Positions 63,060 to 64,000 of a DNA stretch of 64,000 bases are shown piece by piece. The notes under the pieces are model-generated. The model did not search any database. It saw only the letters and a list, made by a program, of their open reading frames with translations, and had not been told where the DNA came from. The stretch is from Peribolospora baueri (taxonomy: Eukaryota). The translations under genes were made by a program, and so were the position numbers. The first letter of the stretch is position 1. Each line of letters opens with the position of its first letter. The stretch lies in assembly GCA_029717555.1 (NCBI GenBank), contig JAMDHS010000004.1, forward strand, positions 186,001-250,000, read 5' to 3'.

Positions 63060-64000
63060 TCATCCAAAATGCTGTGCCAGCTTGCTCAGTGCGGCCTGTC
63101 ACCCATTGGACACGACGTTAAGAGGGGTGCACGCAAACAATCAGTCCCCGCTACTACACTTTTTCCCGGACAAAACGACCCTGATGCGACGACGATGCGA
63201 TCTCACCTCGTATAGCGGCACTAGCTTTTCCATTTCTTTCTCCCTAGCCTTCTCCTTCTTCACCTTGTCCAGCCTTCCGCCTCGGCCGAGCATCTTCTTG
63301 AAGTATCGCGCCTGTCCACCCCGCAGAGCCGGAATAAGATGAGCGTCTCGAGTCTGAATGGCGGTCCATACTTGCCTCCCGCGCGGGCATCGTCGCCTGA
63401 CCATGGCCCGCCCCAGCGCGACTCACCTCATGCTCCTCCACCAAACTCCAAGCGTCACCTTCGCGTCCAGCTCTCGCCGTCCGTCCGACTCGATGGACAT
63501 ACTTCCTCATATCGAGCGGGACGTCGTAGTTGACGACGTGCGCCACGTGTGGCAGATCTATTCCGCGTGCTACGAGGTCTGAGCAGATAAGGCTGTGCGC
63601 AAGGAAAGGAGAAAAGGTCGCGTAAGGAAGAAGGCGGTAGATTATGAATTTGTTTAGGGCGGAAGAAGGCGGGTCGACGTACGTCTTATGAGTAGAAACG
63701 GAACACAGGAAAAGATCGACTCACACGTCCACCTCGCCCTCCTTGAACGCCTTCAACATCATCCTCCTCTCCGTGTTCGGCAAATCACTAGAATAAGCCT
63801 TGACGACCACCCGTCTCCTTCCTTCCACGTCGCCACTCCCGACACCGCTCTCTCGCAAGGACGACATCTCGTCTTCGAAGAACTCGACCAGCTTCACAAG
63901 CCGCTCGGTGCTCTCGACGCTCTTAGTGAAACAGAGGCAATTGCGGATCGCGGGGGCGTTGTGAAGAAGGTGGAGAAGCATCAAGGGTTTGGAGGCAGTG
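63060..64000 (-). CDS. DBP6: DEAD-box RNA helicase, Dbp6-like (3' part; 5' end lies outside the window)
   Basis: [29 protein letters not shown]...[28 protein letters not shown]...[15 protein letters not shown]; final exon [11 protein letters not shown]. Confidence 0.85.

Noticed and set aside
1..64000. CRISPR arrays, tRNA/rRNA genes, TPP riboswitch, intact transposons
   Set aside because: No repeat-spacer arrays, cloverleaf/T-loop contexts, TPP consensus, or transposase/RT motifs seen by eye; tRNAscan-SE/Infernal would be needed to exclude them formally.

Overview
GC-rich (~60%), intron-rich eukaryotic DNA from a basidiomycete fungus. The protein motifs and the secreted chorismate mutase suggest a smut-like lineage (Ustilaginomycotina; inference). 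I reconstructed 18 spliced protein-coding genes by hand from GT/GC-AG junctions. In order: CFEM protein (apparently frameshifted), sphingolipid C9-methyltransferase, GMP synthase, tRNA pseudouridine synthase, FHA/G-patch protein, a signal-peptide-bearing chorismate mutase split over 6 exons, amino-acid permease, kinesin-7, complex I NDUFA11-like subunit, DUF1445/YcsI-type protein divergent from an MFS transporter, APC10, PDR-type ABC transporter, isocitrate lyase, sulfate permease, PalB calpain, CLU1 and the 3' part of a DBP6-like helicase. I recognised no rRNA, tRNA, CRISPR array or intact transposon. The most interesting items are the secreted, Aro7-like chorismate mutase (candidate Cmu1-type effector that the ORF track does not reveal) and the GATA-rich divergent DUF1445 + MFS pair. 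All family calls come from recalled motifs, not database searches, and exon boundaries are manual predictions.
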